Virus record (IMG/VR): IMGVR_UViG_3300047551_002158
DNA length: 64,000 nt
Reading direction: 5' to 3' (one strand)
Origin: a virus
Lineage: Duplodnaviria > Caudoviricetes
Part shown: one piece after another, positions 30,630-40,771 of the stretch
How positions within the stretch are numbered: the first letter of the stretch is position 1
Layout of the letters: every line of letters begins with the position of its first letter
Notes under the pieces: generated by a model
What the model saw: the letters and a program-made list of their open reading frames with translations, nothing else
Told to the model about the DNA's origin: nothing
Database searches by the model: none
Position numbers and translations under genes: made by a program

Positions 30630-30943
30630 AATCTTTTAAAGAATTCCTTTCAGAATCAGTAAATATTTCTGGAGATTTTAACGGAAATCTCTACATTAAT
30701 TCCCAATCAGAACCAAAACAGGTTGGGGAGGAGTATGTTGCTGATATTATTTGGGAAGGAAATTTTTATAGATTAGAGCTAATTTCAGAACTCGGAATTC
30801 CTTCAAAAAGAGATTTGGGTGAGCAATTGCAAAATCAGTATCCAGGAGCAGTTGTTCATCAAATCTATCCAATTACAGAAAAAAATTGCAATATTAAAAC
30901 CGTAAAAAGATATCACCCATCAAAATTGGAATGGATTGATTAA
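30626..30943 (+). CDS. 105-aa hypothetical with capsid-targeting-like N-terminus
   Basis: Starts MKSFKEFLSE; the C-terminal domain resembles a module of the 579-aa protein. Confidence 0.75.
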   Translation: MKSFKEFLSESVNISGDFNGNLYINSQSEPKQVGEEYVADIIWEGNFYRLELISELGIPSKRDLGEQLQNQYPGAVVHQIYPITEKNCNIKTVKRYHPSKLEWID

Positions 30944-30945
30944 TA

Positions 30946-32265
30946 ATGGCTCAGTGGAATATAACTACACAAGATTATTTAAATCAAGAGAGAAGTCTCT
31001 TTGAAGTTAATGGGGTAGCAACAAGAGATGGAAAAATAGTAGACGAATATAATAGATTTCCAGTTAATATAAATTCTGATGCTTTTGGAAGGACAAGAGT
31101 ATCAAATCCCCTAACACTTTTTGATTCTTCACACAGATATCGAGACAATAATCTGTGGACAAGTTTGATCGTAGGTACTGGTTCTACGGTTGGATTTGTT
31201 ACTACTCAAGGATTAATCCATATTGGTATTGGAACTACTGCTGGTTGTTCTGTCATTAGAGAAACTACAAAGACATTCTCATATCAACCAGGAAAGTCAT
31301 TACTGGTAATGAATACCTTTGTTCCAGAAACTCCAAAAGAAAATTTACTTCAAAGAGTTGGGTATTTTGGTGCAGATAATGGAATTTACTTTGAGATTGC
31401 TGGAATTGGAAGTACTTCAGTAAGTTTTGTAGAAAGAAGTTTATCATTAGGAACAGAAACAAGAGTTCCCCAATCCCAATGGAATGGAGACAGATTAGAT
31501 GGAACAGGTCATTCGGGAATTACTTTAGATCCAACCAAAGCACAAATTCTGTGGACTGATATTGAATGGTTAGGACTTGGAACAGTTAGAGTGGGTTTTG
31601 TTATTGATGGAAAGTTTATTCACTGCCATTCTTTTCATCATGCAAATATAATTCAATCAACATATATAACAACTGCATCATTACCAATAAGATATGAGAT
31701 TGCAAATACTGGAGTAACCACAAGTTCAAGTATTCTCAAACAAGTTTGTTCTACAGTTATTTCAGAAGGTGGTTATGAACTTCGTGGATTACAACAAGCA
31801 GTAGGAACCGCAGTTACAAATCCAATTACATTAACAACTGCAGGAACATATTACAACTTAGTATCAATTCGTCTCAAATCTAATCCAGATAGATTAGATG
31901 CAATTGTAATTCTAACTGCTATTTCTCTTATGGGAGGAACAAATAATGCAAATTATAATTGGCAAGTAAGAGCAAGTGGAACCACATCTTTAGGTTCTTG
32001 GACAAGTGCAGGTTCTGATAGTGCAGTAGAATATAAAATTGATGCTTCCGAAATTACTGGCGGAAGAGTGTTAGCATCTGGATTTTTTAATTCTTCACAG
32101 CAAGGTTCAAGTCCAGTTGATATTCTTAAAGAAGCATTATTTAAGTTCCAATTGGAAAGGGATGGATTGACTAAAACACCTTATGAACTTTCATTAGTTT
32201 GTTCGGGTAGTGTAAATGGCGCAACTGTTTATGCTGCGATGGACTGGGAAGAAATTAGTAGGTAA
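30946..32265 (+). CDS. 439-aa hypothetical, probable virion protein
   Basis: Long ORF within the head operon, predicted beta-rich, with DAFGRTRVSNPLTLFD and GIGT motifs. Confidence 0.7.
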   Translation: MAQWNITTQDYLNQERSLFEVNGVATRDGKIVDEYNRFPVNINSDAFGRTRVSNPLTLFDSSHRYRDNNLWTSLIVGTGSTVGFVTTQGLIHIGIGTTAGCSVIRETTKTFSYQPGKSLLVMNTFVPETPKENLLQRVGYFGADNGIYFEIAGIGSTSVSFVERSLSLGTETRVPQSQWNGDRLDGTGHSGITLDPTKAQILWTDIEWLGLGTVRVGFVIDGKFIHCHSFHHANIIQSTYITTASLPIRYEIANTGVTTSSSILKQVCSTVISEGGYELRGLQQAVGTAVTNPITLTTAGTYYNLVSIRLKSNPDRLDAIVILTAISLMGGTNNANYNWQVRASGTTSLGSWTSAGSDSAVEYKIDASEITGGRVLASGFFNSSQQGSSPVDILKEALFKFQLERDGLTKTPYELSLVCSGSVNGATVYAAMDWEEISR

Positions 32266-32319
32266 TTTTAACCTCAATTTGATTAAATAATAAATAACTA
32301 AAAGTGTACTATAAAAATA

Positions 32320-32865
32320 ATGGCTCATAGACCAATAGGTGCTGGTATTTCATTAACAACAGGTGCAGCATCAGCGATGACAACATCCTTTACTGCACAG
32401 TCAAATGTGGTAAGAGTTGTTGCCGTTAGTGCTGGAGCATTTGTTGCAATTGGAACCAATCCAACAGCTACAACCGCAGATTATTATGTTCCTGCTGGCG
32501 GAACTGCAACTCTCGCTATCACAAAGGCATCAAATAGAGTTGTTGGAGTAACTACCGGAACGACGACAATCATTGATTGCCCAGAAGGAACTCAAGCACC
32601 TTTTGGTGTTGGTGATTTTGTAACTCTTTCAGGTTCACAATATCACAATTTCACTCACGCTGAGGTTGTTTCAGTAAATACAACTTCAAATGTTAATGGA
32701 TACTACCAAAAGAGGTTTACTGTAAATTATAACTCAAGTGGAATATTAACAGCATTCAGTTCTCCAGATGCATCGGTTTCACTATCATATAGGTTAGCGG
32801 CAAGAACTGAAGGTAGTGCTGGTACATTATATGCACAACAAGTACAAATCTCAGGACAAGCATAA
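32320..32865 (+). CDS. Conserved hypothetical (probable virion) protein upstream of gp21
   Basis: 181 aa, Thr/Ala/Gly-rich, preceded by TAAATA boxes; its stop overlaps the gp21 ATG. Confidence 0.7.
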   Translation: MAHRPIGAGISLTTGAASAMTTSFTAQSNVVRVVAVSAGAFVAIGTNPTATTADYYVPAGGTATLAITKASNRVVGVTTGTTTIIDCPEGTQAPFGVGDFVTLSGSQYHNFTHAEVVSVNTTSNVNGYYQKRFTVNYNSSGILTAFSSPDASVSLSYRLAARTEGSAGTLYAQQVQISGQA

Positions 32866-33512
32866 TGAAACTTATCAGAGAAGAGATCGAAAAAGTAGAA
32901 GTTATTACCGAAGGAAAAGGTAGTAACGCAAAACTTTATATCAAAGGACCATTTCTTCAAGCAGAATGCGTCAATAGAAATGGAAGGCTTTATCCTCTTT
33001 CAATTATGGAGAGAGAAGTAAAGCGTTATACTGAGAGTTATGTAAACAAAGGTCGTGCTCTGGGAGAACTTGGTCATCCAGATGGACCTACTGTTAATCT
33101 GGATAGAGTTTCTCATAAGATTGTTGAACTTCATCAAGAAGGAAATAACTTTATTGGTAAAGCACAGATCTTATCTACTCCAATGGGTAAGATTGCAGAA
33201 TCTCTTCTTAAGGATGGAGTTTCTCTCGGTGTTTCTTCTCGTGGCATTGGTTCTCTGAGAGAAAACCAAAAAGGTTACAGAGAAGTTGGCGAAGACTTTA
33301 TGCTTGCAACTGCTGCTGATATTGTAGCAGATCCTTCAGCACCCGATGCTTTTGTTCAGGGAATTATGGAAGGAGTTGAATGGGTTTGGAATAATGGTAT
33401 TCTTGAGCAAAAAGTTTCAAAATTTGAGAAGAGAGTTAATACTTTAGTTGATCAAGGTATTCTCGAAGAATACAAGTTATCTTTATTCAATGAGTTCTTA
33501 AACTCATTGTAA
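32865..33512 (+). CDS. gp21: Prohead protease gp21
   Basis: NRNGRLYP, ALGELGHP, LGVSSRGIGS and DIVADPSAPDAFV. Confidence 0.97.
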   Translation: MKLIREEIEKVEVITEGKGSNAKLYIKGPFLQAECVNRNGRLYPLSIMEREVKRYTESYVNKGRALGELGHPDGPTVNLDRVSHKIVELHQEGNNFIGKAQILSTPMGKIAESLLKDGVSLGVSSRGIGSLRENQKGYREVGEDFMLATAADIVADPSAPDAFVQGIMEGVEWVWNNGILEQKVSKFEKRVNTLVDQGILEEYKLSLFNEFLNSL

Positions 33513-33568
33513 TTTATTAAATTATAAATAAATATAGTTTATAACGTAAGGTTAAACGGAGAGTTCAA

Positions 33569-34717
33569 ATGTCTCGTGGAGATTTACAAGAAATGGAAGT
33601 AGGCACAAAGCAATCCAAAACCGCTGTTAATGCCAATGCAAAGGCAGCGGAAGCGATGCCACATTTATCCGGTTCAACACCCGGTCAAACAGCGGGATGG
33701 GAAGATCTTGGTGGTCCTGATCCTTCCAACTATCGCTCGACTGATGATTCAGCAAAACTTAAGACACCTGGTGCAACCCTCAAGCAAGTTAAGGATGTTG
33801 TAAATAAAGGTGCTAAGCCTGCTGAAGCAATGGCTGGCGTTAAGGAAGATGAAGAATTTGAGTATGATGAAGACGAAGAACTCGTAGAAGCCGCTAAGGA
33901 AGAGGAAGAAGAGGAAGAAGAAGAGGAGGGTGGTAAGAAGAAAGGCAAGAAAGAAGAGGATGAGGAAGAAGACGAAGATGAAATGAAAGAAGAGTTTGAC
34001 ATCGAAGAAGATGTTAACGCTCTTCTTGCTGGAGAAGAACTCTCTGAAGAGTTCCAAGAAAAAGCAAGAACTATTTTCGAAGCCGCTCTTCGCTCAAAGG
34101 TTTCTGATATTCAAGAAGCTCTTGAGGAGCAGTATGCACAAGCACTTGCAGAAGAAGTCGAAGAAATTAAGACTGAACTTGCAGAGCGTGTAGATGCATA
34201 CCTTGAGTATGTTGCTGGTGAGTGGATGGAAGAAAATGCACTCACCATTGAGCAAGGTCTTAAGACCGAAATGACCGAATCATTCCTACAAGGAATGAAG
34301 GGTCTTTTTGAAGAACATTATGTATCAATCCCTGAAGATAAATATGATGTGCTTGAGAGCATGGTAGAAAAACTTGATGAAATGGAGACAAAACTCAACG
34401 AGCAAATTGAGAAAAACGTTTCACTCAACAAGCGTCTCGCAGAGTCGGTTGCTGATGGAATCTTTGAACAAGTCGCTGATGGTCTTGCAGACACTCAGAA
34501 AGACAAGCTCGCTTCACTTGCCGAAAGTGTTGAGTTTGAAAGTGAAGAAGAATATCGTGAAAAACTGGAGACTTTAAAGGAATCATATTTTCCTTCAAGA
34601 GTAGTTTCTCCATCTGCAAGAACTGAAACTCTGTCAGAAGGTCTGGATGCTACCCCAGAAGCAATTTCTGGTTCAATGGCAACTTATCTGAAGACTCTTT
34701 CAGCATTCAGCAAATAA
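33569..34717 (+). CDS. gp22: Prohead core scaffold gp22
   Basis: Acidic, coiled-coil-like; FQEKARTIFEAAL, YLEYVAGEWMEEN and GLFEEHYVSIPEDKYDVLE; between gp21 and gp23. Confidence 0.93.
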   Translation: MSRGDLQEMEVGTKQSKTAVNANAKAAEAMPHLSGSTPGQTAGWEDLGGPDPSNYRSTDDSAKLKTPGATLKQVKDVVNKGAKPAEAMAGVKEDEEFEYDEDEELVEAAKEEEEEEEEEEGGKKKGKKEEDEEEDEDEMKEEFDIEEDVNALLAGEELSEEFQEKARTIFEAALRSKVSDIQEALEEQYAQALAEEVEEIKTELAERVDAYLEYVAGEWMEENALTIEQGLKTEMTESFLQGMKGLFEEHYVSIPEDKYDVLESMVEKLDEMETKLNEQIEKNVSLNKRLAESVADGIFEQVADGLADTQKDKLASLAESVEFESEEEYREKLETLKESYFPSRVVSPSARTETLSEGLDATPEAISGSMATYLKTLSAFSK

Positions 34718-34774
34718 TTGAATTTAATATAATTCAAACCAAAAAACGCACTTTAGTAAAAAGGTAAAACGCAA

Positions 34775-36196
34775 ATGTTCCATTCAGAACAATTGCAGGA
34801 AAAGTGGGCACCTCTCCTCAACTATGAGGGTCTTGATTCAATCAAAGATTCACATCGTAGAGCTGTAACCGCTGTCCTGCTCGAAAACCAAGAAAAATTC
34901 TTAAGAGAGCAATCTTCTTTCGAGACCTCAGGTTCGTTCCTGACCGAAGCTCCAACAATGACCACCAACTCCGGCGCTAATGCTGGTTTCGGAGGTCTTG
35001 CTTCAGCTAGCGGTCCTACCGCAGGTTTCGACCCCGTTCTGATCTCACTGATCAGACGTTCAATGCCTAACCTGATCGCCTATGATATTGCAGGCGTTCA
35101 ACCAATGAGTGGTCCTACTGGACTCATCTTCGCAATGCGTTCACGCTACAACAACCAGAGTGGTGCAGAAACCTTCTACAACGAAGTAGATTCTTCCTGG
35201 TCAGGTCAACCATTCGGTCGTGATAATTCGGATGGTTTCACCGATACCGCTGCTGGTATGGGTACTACTGCTCAGAGTGGTAGCAATCCATCAGTTCTGA
35301 ATCCAGTTGGCACTGCCGCTTCAACTGGTTATAACGTTGGTCAAGGTATGCGTACCGATCAGGCAGAACTGCTTGATAGTGGTGCTGATGCATTCAACCA
35401 GATGGCATTCTCGATCGAGAAGGTCACCGTTACTGCTAAGAGCCGTGCTCTGAAGGCAGAATACAGCCTTGAGCTTGCTCAGGACCTGAAGGCAATCCAT
35501 GGTCTGAACGCTGAAGCGGAACTCGCAAACATTCTCTCAACTGAGATTCTTGCCGAGATCAACCGCGAAGTTATCAGAACCATCTATAAGGTTGCTGAAC
35601 AGGGTGCTGTACAGAACGTTGCAACTCCTGGTATCTTCGACCTCGACGTTGACTCCAATGGTCGTTGGTCAGTTGAGAAGTTCAAGGGTCTTCTGTTCCA
35701 GATTGAGCGTGATGCTAACGCTATCGCTCAGAGAACTCGTCGTGGAAAGGGCAACATCATCCTTTGCTCCGCTGACGTTGCTTCAGCACTGACAATGGCT
35801 GGTGTTCTTGATTACACCCCTGCTCTGAACGCTAACCTCCAGGTAGACGATACCGGCAACACCTTTGCTGGTACTCTGATGGGCAAATTCCGCGTCTACA
35901 TTGACCCATATGCTGCTAACCTGACTTCAGGTAATGCAACTCCAGGTAACCAGTACTATGTTGTTGGTTATAAGGGTTCTTCACCTTATGACGCTGGACT
36001 CTTCTATTGTCCTTATGTTCCTCTCCAAATGGTACGTGCCGTTGGCGAGAACAGCTTCCAGCCCAAGATCGGATTTAAGACCCGTTATGGAATGGTTGCA
36101 AACCCATTCGCTGAGGGTACTACTCAGGGTCTCGGTGCTCTTACGATCAATGCTAACCGCTACTATCGTAGAGTTGCTGTTAAGAACCTTATGTGA
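34775..36196 (+). CDS. gp23: Major capsid protein gp23
   Basis: GVQPMSGPTGLIFAMRSRY, KSRALKAEYSLELAQDLKAIHGL and FYCPYVPL; the maturation-site analogue SFLTE|A is present. Confidence 0.99.
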   Translation: MFHSEQLQEKWAPLLNYEGLDSIKDSHRRAVTAVLLENQEKFLREQSSFETSGSFLTEAPTMTTNSGANAGFGGLASASGPTAGFDPVLISLIRRSMPNLIAYDIAGVQPMSGPTGLIFAMRSRYNNQSGAETFYNEVDSSWSGQPFGRDNSDGFTDTAAGMGTTAQSGSNPSVLNPVGTAASTGYNVGQGMRTDQAELLDSGADAFNQMAFSIEKVTVTAKSRALKAEYSLELAQDLKAIHGLNAEAELANILSTEILAEINREVIRTIYKVAEQGAVQNVATPGIFDLDVDSNGRWSVEKFKGLLFQIERDANAIAQRTRRGKGNIILCSADVASALTMAGVLDYTPALNANLQVDDTGNTFAGTLMGKFRVYIDPYAANLTSGNATPGNQYYVVGYKGSSPYDAGLFYCPYVPLQMVRAVGENSFQPKIGFKTRYGMVANPFAEGTTQGLGALTINANRYYRRVAVKNLM

Positions 36197-36218
36197 TCCA
36201 TTTCACATAAATTTTTTG

Positions 36219-36245
36219 GAGGGTCCAAAAGGACCCTCTTTTTTT
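36219..36245 (+). terminator. Rho-independent terminator after gp23
   Basis: GAGGGTCC-AAAA-GGACCCTC followed by a T7 run. Confidence 0.9.
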
Positions 36246-36267
36246 ATCTAAATATTTAAAAAATGCC

Positions 36268-36819
36268 ATGGTCGCTGGACAACCTGAGAATAGGAATTTT
36301 CTATCTCCAACAGGATTTAAGTTTACATTAAAAAGAACTCCTAAAGTTGCATTTTTCTGCAACGAAGCGAATATTCCAGAATTAAATTTTGGAGTTGCAA
36401 CACAACCAACCTATTTAAAAGATATTCCAATTCCGGGAGATAAGATTGTATTTGGGGATTTAAATTTAAGATTTTTGGTTGATGAAAATCTTGAAAATTA
36501 TATGGAAATCCAAAACTGGATACGTGGTATGGGATATCCAGAAAGTCTAAAGCAGATTTATGATTTTCAAGAAACTGGATATATAACTACAAGAATAGAA
36601 GCGCAGAAACAATTGGGATTATATTCCGATGGTACGTTGCAAGTATTGACAAGTTCTTCATTACCAAACTTTCAAATAGTTTTTAAGGATTTATTTCCAT
36701 ATTCTTTAGGAACTTTAAGTTTCGATGCCACACAAACAGACATCCAATACTTTACAGCAGACGTGAGTTTCAAGTATACTATCTACAATATAGTAGATCT
36801 TGCTGGCAATCCTTTATGA
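36268..36819 (+). CDS. gp3: Tail tube terminator/completion protein gp3
   Basis: NRNFLSPTGFKF, FFCNEANIP and LRFLVDENLENY motifs; position after gp23. Confidence 0.85.
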   Translation: MVAGQPENRNFLSPTGFKFTLKRTPKVAFFCNEANIPELNFGVATQPTYLKDIPIPGDKIVFGDLNLRFLVDENLENYMEIQNWIRGMGYPESLKQIYDFQETGYITTRIEAQKQLGLYSDGTLQVLTSSSLPNFQIVFKDLFPYSLGTLSFDATQTDIQYFTADVSFKYTIYNIVDLAGNPL

Positions 36820-37253
36820 GTTTAGACCTCGATACAATTCAAAAAATGTGGGAGCAAGACTCTAAAATTGATATGGACAATCTTCATACAGAGTCAACAA
36901 ACATTCCAGTCCTTCACGCAAAATATTTTGAATTGTATAATACAATATTCCTTCTTAGAAAAAAAGCAGAACAACAAAAAAGAAATATTCGACACGAAAG
37001 ATATGAATATTACTCTGGAAAAGCGGATCCAGATGTATATGTAGAAAATCCCTTTCCTAAAAAAATCAGAGATAAAGATACAATGCAAAAGTATCTTGAT
37101 GCTGATGAAAAACTTTCAACAGTTTGTTTGAAGATTGACTATTACGATACTATGTTAGTTTACATAGAGAGTATTTTGAAAATGATTCAAAACAGAACGT
37201 ATCAGATTAAAAATGCAATTGAGTTTATGCGATTTAACGCTGGATTGGGGTAA
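36816..37253 (+). CDS. uvsY: Recombination mediator UvsY
   Basis: WEQDSKID, LHAKY, YEYYSGKA and RTYQIKNAIEF motifs. Confidence 0.9.
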   Translation: MSLDLDTIQKMWEQDSKIDMDNLHTESTNIPVLHAKYFELYNTIFLLRKKAEQQKRNIRHERYEYYSGKADPDVYVENPFPKKIRDKDTMQKYLDADEKLSTVCLKIDYYDTMLVYIESILKMIQNRTYQIKNAIEFMRFNAGLG

Positions 37254-37280
37254 ATAAATATTCATAGCAATTATGATGCT

Positions 37281-38747
37281 ATGAGTGACGTAATCATCGA
37301 AAAGAAAAATGAGGTTTACATCAAGTTACATTGTGAGCCTCATATTTTATATGAACTTCAGCAGTATTTTACGTTCGAAGTAGAATCTGCGAAATTTATG
37401 TCCCAGTATAGAAGCAGACACTGGGATGGTAAAATTCGCCTATTAAGCACTCATACGGGAGAGATATACGTTGGTCTATTAGATAAGGTCATAGACAAAC
37501 TCACTCTCCATAATTATACATATGAGTTTAAAGAGAACAAATTTTATGGATTACCTTTTGAAGTTAATGAAGGTATATCCTACGAAGGTGTCAAGGATTA
37601 TATGCAATCTATTTGCGTTCATTCTCCGCGAGAGTATCAAGTAGAGGGAGTATACGACGCTCTGCGACATAACCGAAAATTATTGATATCACCCACTGCC
37701 TCAGGAAAATCCTTGATGATTTATTCCCTTGTAAGGTATTATGTAGATAAAGGGCAAAAAATTCTTTTAGTTGTTCCGACGACATCTCTTGTAGAGCAGA
37801 TGTACAAGGATTTCCAAGACTATGGTTGGGATGCTGAGTCATATTGCCACAGGATCTATTCTGGTAGAGAAAAAACAAATGAACATTCAGTTACAATCAC
37901 TACCTGGCAGTCTATTTATAAATTAGAACGTTCATTCTTTGAGGATTATGGCGTAGTCATTGGAGATGAAGCTCATCTATTTAAGAGCAAATCTTTGATT
38001 GAAATTATGACTAAACTTCATCATGCAAAATATAGGTATGGATTTACTGGAACTTTAGACGGAACTCAAACTCATAAATGGGTTCTGGAAGGACTATTTG
38101 GACCATCATATAAGGTTACAAGAACTTATGAATTAATGCAGCAGGGTCATATTTCTCAACTAAACATTCAGTGTCTTGTTCTTAAACACCCTGCTCAAAA
38201 ATTTGAAACATATGAAGATGAAATTCAATATCTAATACAACACGAACAGAGAAATAAATTTATCACAAATCTTTCTTTAGATTTAAAAGGTAACACCTTA
38301 GTTCTCTTTTCAAGAGTAGAAGCACACGGACAACCCTTATACGAAAGGATAAATAGTACTAAGCGAGATGATCGTAAAGTATTTTTTATTCATGGTGGAG
38401 TTGATACTGAAGAGAGAGAATTGGTTAGAGAAATTACTGAAAGAGAAAACAATGCAATCATTGTTGCTTCTTACGGAACTTTTAGTACAGGGATCAATAT
38501 TAAAAATTTGCACAATGTAATATTTGCTTCTCCCAGCAAATCAAGAATACGAAATCTTCAAAGTATCGGAAGAGTGTTGAGAAAGGGAAAAAATAAAACA
38601 AAAGCAGTTCTTTATGATATCTCCGATGATTGTACTTATAACTCAAGAAAAAACTATACGTTAAATCATTTAATTGAAAGAATTAAGATTTATAATGAAG
38701 AAAATTTCAACTACGAAATAATCACTATACAACTTAAGAAAAAATGA
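37281..38747 (+). CDS. uvsW: SF2 helicase UvsW
   Basis: SPTASGKS, GDEAH, GFTGT and QSIGRVLR helicase motifs. Confidence 0.95.
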   Translation: MSDVIIEKKNEVYIKLHCEPHILYELQQYFTFEVESAKFMSQYRSRHWDGKIRLLSTHTGEIYVGLLDKVIDKLTLHNYTYEFKENKFYGLPFEVNEGISYEGVKDYMQSICVHSPREYQVEGVYDALRHNRKLLISPTASGKSLMIYSLVRYYVDKGQKILLVVPTTSLVEQMYKDFQDYGWDAESYCHRIYSGREKTNEHSVTITTWQSIYKLERSFFEDYGVVIGDEAHLFKSKSLIEIMTKLHHAKYRYGFTGTLDGTQTHKWVLEGLFGPSYKVTRTYELMQQGHISQLNIQCLVLKHPAQKFETYEDEIQYLIQHEQRNKFITNLSLDLKGNTLVLFSRVEAHGQPLYERINSTKRDDRKVFFIHGGVDTEERELVREITERENNAIIVASYGTFSTGINIKNLHNVIFASPSKSRIRNLQSIGRVLRKGKNKTKAVLYDISDDCTYNSRKNYTLNHLIERIKIYNEENFNYEIITIQLKKK

Positions 38748-39136
38748 TAGAAGATGATTTTTATGCAACAGTTAAATTAAAAACAGGCGAAGAATTCTTT
38801 GCTAAAGTAGCAGCTTCTGAAGAAGAAGATAGAACAATACTTATCGTCACGAATCCTATTATTGTTGCAGAGATTAAAGGTAGAACTGGTATTGTTGGGT
38901 ATAAGATAGAACCCTGGCTAAAAACAACTACTGATGATATGTTTATTCTTAATTTAGATGATGTCCTTACACTATCGGAATCATCAGATATTGAAATGAT
39001 TATGATGTACCAGTCCTTTGTACGTCAATCTAATAAAGATGGTACAAATAAATCAAAGATTAATCGTAGAATGGGATATCTTTCTAATGTCAATGATGCT
39101 AAAGAGATCTTAGAGAAGCTTTATAAAAATAGCTAA
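38744..39136 (+). CDS. Conserved hypothetical protein
   Basis: 130-aa ORF coupled to uvsW (ATGA overlap). Confidence 0.75.
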   Translation: MIEDDFYATVKLKTGEEFFAKVAASEEEDRTILIVTNPIIVAEIKGRTGIVGYKIEPWLKTTTDDMFILNLDDVLTLSESSDIEMIMMYQSFVRQSNKDGTNKSKINRRMGYLSNVNDAKEILEKLYKNS

Positions 39137-39164
39137 GACCAATCTTTCAACCCAGACAAAGGTT

Positions 39165-39193
39165 ATTATACAGAGTTTGAAATGCCTTGTCAA
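39165..39193 (-). promoter_or_regulatory. Perfect sigma70 consensus promoter on the minus strand (antisense to uvsW operon)
   Basis: The reverse complement reads TTGACA-AGGCATTTCAAACTCTG(17 nt)-TATAAT. Confidence 0.7.
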
Positions 39194-39215
39194 GCATTTG
39201 TATAAATGCTATAAT
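39187..39215 (+). promoter_or_regulatory. Sigma70-type promoter for gp55
   Basis: TTGTCA-N17-TATAAT, with the inverted repeat GCATTT-gtat-AAATGC in the spacer. Confidence 0.7.
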
Positions 39216-39239
39216 TCATACATATTATGAGTTAACCTA

Positions 39240-39737
39240 ATGATAACCACAGCAGTTATGACCAAGAGAAAAAGGTCAGAGCACTACGTCAACAATAAAG
39301 AGTTTCTTGCCGCTCTAATTAAGTACCGCGAAGATAAGGAAATCGCAGAAATTCAAGGAAAACCAAAACCTCCTATTCCTCGCTACATTGGGGAGTGTTT
39401 CCTGAAGATCGCAAATCATCTTTCTTTCAAACCAAACTTCGTGAACTATATGTTCAAGGAAGATATGATTTCTGATGGCATTGAAAATTGTGTTCAGTAT
39501 ATTCATAACTTCAATCCAGAAAAGTCACAAAATCCTTTTGCATATTTTACTCAAATTATTCACTACGCTTTCCTTCGTCGCATTCAAAGAGAAAAGCGTC
39601 AGTTGGAAATCAAAAATAAAATCCTTGAGCGTTCTGGGTACTCTGAAGTGTTTGGAGATGACAATACGGTTGACGGAGCGAACTATTCCGACTATAATAG
39701 CATCAAGGATAATATTCACTCCAAACTTCGTTATTGA
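39240..39737 (+). CDS. gp55: Late sigma factor gp55
   Basis: HYVNNKEF, YIGECFLKIA, EDMISDGIENC and NPFAYFTQI. Confidence 0.96.
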   Translation: MITTAVMTKRKRSEHYVNNKEFLAALIKYREDKEIAEIQGKPKPPIPRYIGECFLKIANHLSFKPNFVNYMFKEDMISDGIENCVQYIHNFNPEKSQNPFAYFTQIIHYAFLRRIQREKRQLEIKNKILERSGYSEVFGDDNTVDGANYSDYNSIKDNIHSKLRY

Positions 39738-40771
39738 TGAAAGTCGCTATTATTACTGATACTCACTATGGATGTAGAAAGGGTTCAAAGTTATTTCACG
39801 ACTACTTTGAACTTTTCTACAAGAATGTGTTTTTCCCGACGCTGGAACAGTACGGGATTGATACAATCATCCATATGGGCGATGCTTTTGATAGTCGCAA
39901 ATCAATTGATTATCAAAGTTTAGAGTGGGCAAAAAGAGTTGTGTTTGAACCTCTTAAGAATTATGAGGTTCATATGATTGTTGGTAATCATGATAGTTAT
40001 TATAAGAATACGAACAATACAAACTCTCCTCAACTTCTGTTAAAGGATTATCCAAATATTAAAACGTACTCCTCTCCTACAGAAATCAAAGTTGGAAATC
40101 TTGATGTTCTTCTTCTTCCATGGATTTGTATGGAAAATGAAGAAAAGTCATTGAAGATGATCAAAAAAACTAAAGCAAAAGTTGCTATGGGTCATCTTGA
40201 GTTTCAGGGTTTCCGAGTAAACCGTCAAATAATTATGGAACATGGACTGGAAGCAAATCTTTTTGAAAACTTCTCTAAGGTATTTTCTGGTCATTACCAC
40301 ACTCGTTCTGATAATGGAACTGTTTTCTATCTGGGAAATCCTTATGAGATTTACTGGACGGATGTAAATGATACTCGTGGATTTACAATTTTTGATACAG
40401 AAACATTGGAACATACTCCAATAAACAATCCTTATAAGATGTTCTACAACATTTATTATGAGGATACTAACTATCAAACATTTGATACTCGTGAGTATGA
40501 GAACAAAATCGTAAAGGTTGTCGTTCGTAAAAAGTCAGATACTAAAAAGTTTGAAAAGTTCATTGATAAACTTTATGCATCCAATATTGCAGAGTTAAAG
40601 ATTATTGAAAATTTCGATATTCAAGAACCCGTAGAATTTGAAGCTTTTGAGAGTGAAGATACCATTTCTATCTTGAATAGATATATTGAGGAGGCAGAAA
40701 TCGGTCTTGATAAATCAGTCATTCAAAAGATGATACAAGAAATTTATCAAGAGGCATGTGAATTGGTTTAA
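39737..40771 (+). CDS. gp47: Recombination endonuclease gp47 (Mre11/SbcD-like)
   Basis: Metallophosphoesterase motifs ITDTHYG, MGDAFD, VGNHD and FSGHYH. Confidence 0.95.
   Translation: MKVAIITDTHYGCRKGSKLFHDYFELFYKNVFFPTLEQYGIDTIIHMGDAFDSRKSIDYQSLEWAKRVVFEPLKNYEVHMIVGNHDSYYKNTNNTNSPQLLLKDYPNIKTYSSPTEIKVGNLDVLLLPWICMENEEKSLKMIKKTKAKVAMGHLEFQGFRVNRQIIMEHGLEANLFENFSKVFSGHYHTRSDNGTVFYLGNPYEIYWTDVNDTRGFTIFDTETLEHTPINNPYKMFYNIYYEDTNYQTFDTREYENKIVKVVVRKKSDTKKFEKFIDKLYASNIAELKIIENFDIQEPVEFEAFESEDTISILNRYIEEAEIGLDKSVIQKMIQEIYQEACELV

Noticed and set aside
33730-34057. Poly-Ser and Phe-rich minus-strand ORFs; GAA/GAG repeat tract
   Set aside because: These mirror the poly-Glu stretch of gp22; a coding low-complexity region, not a separate gene or repeat element.
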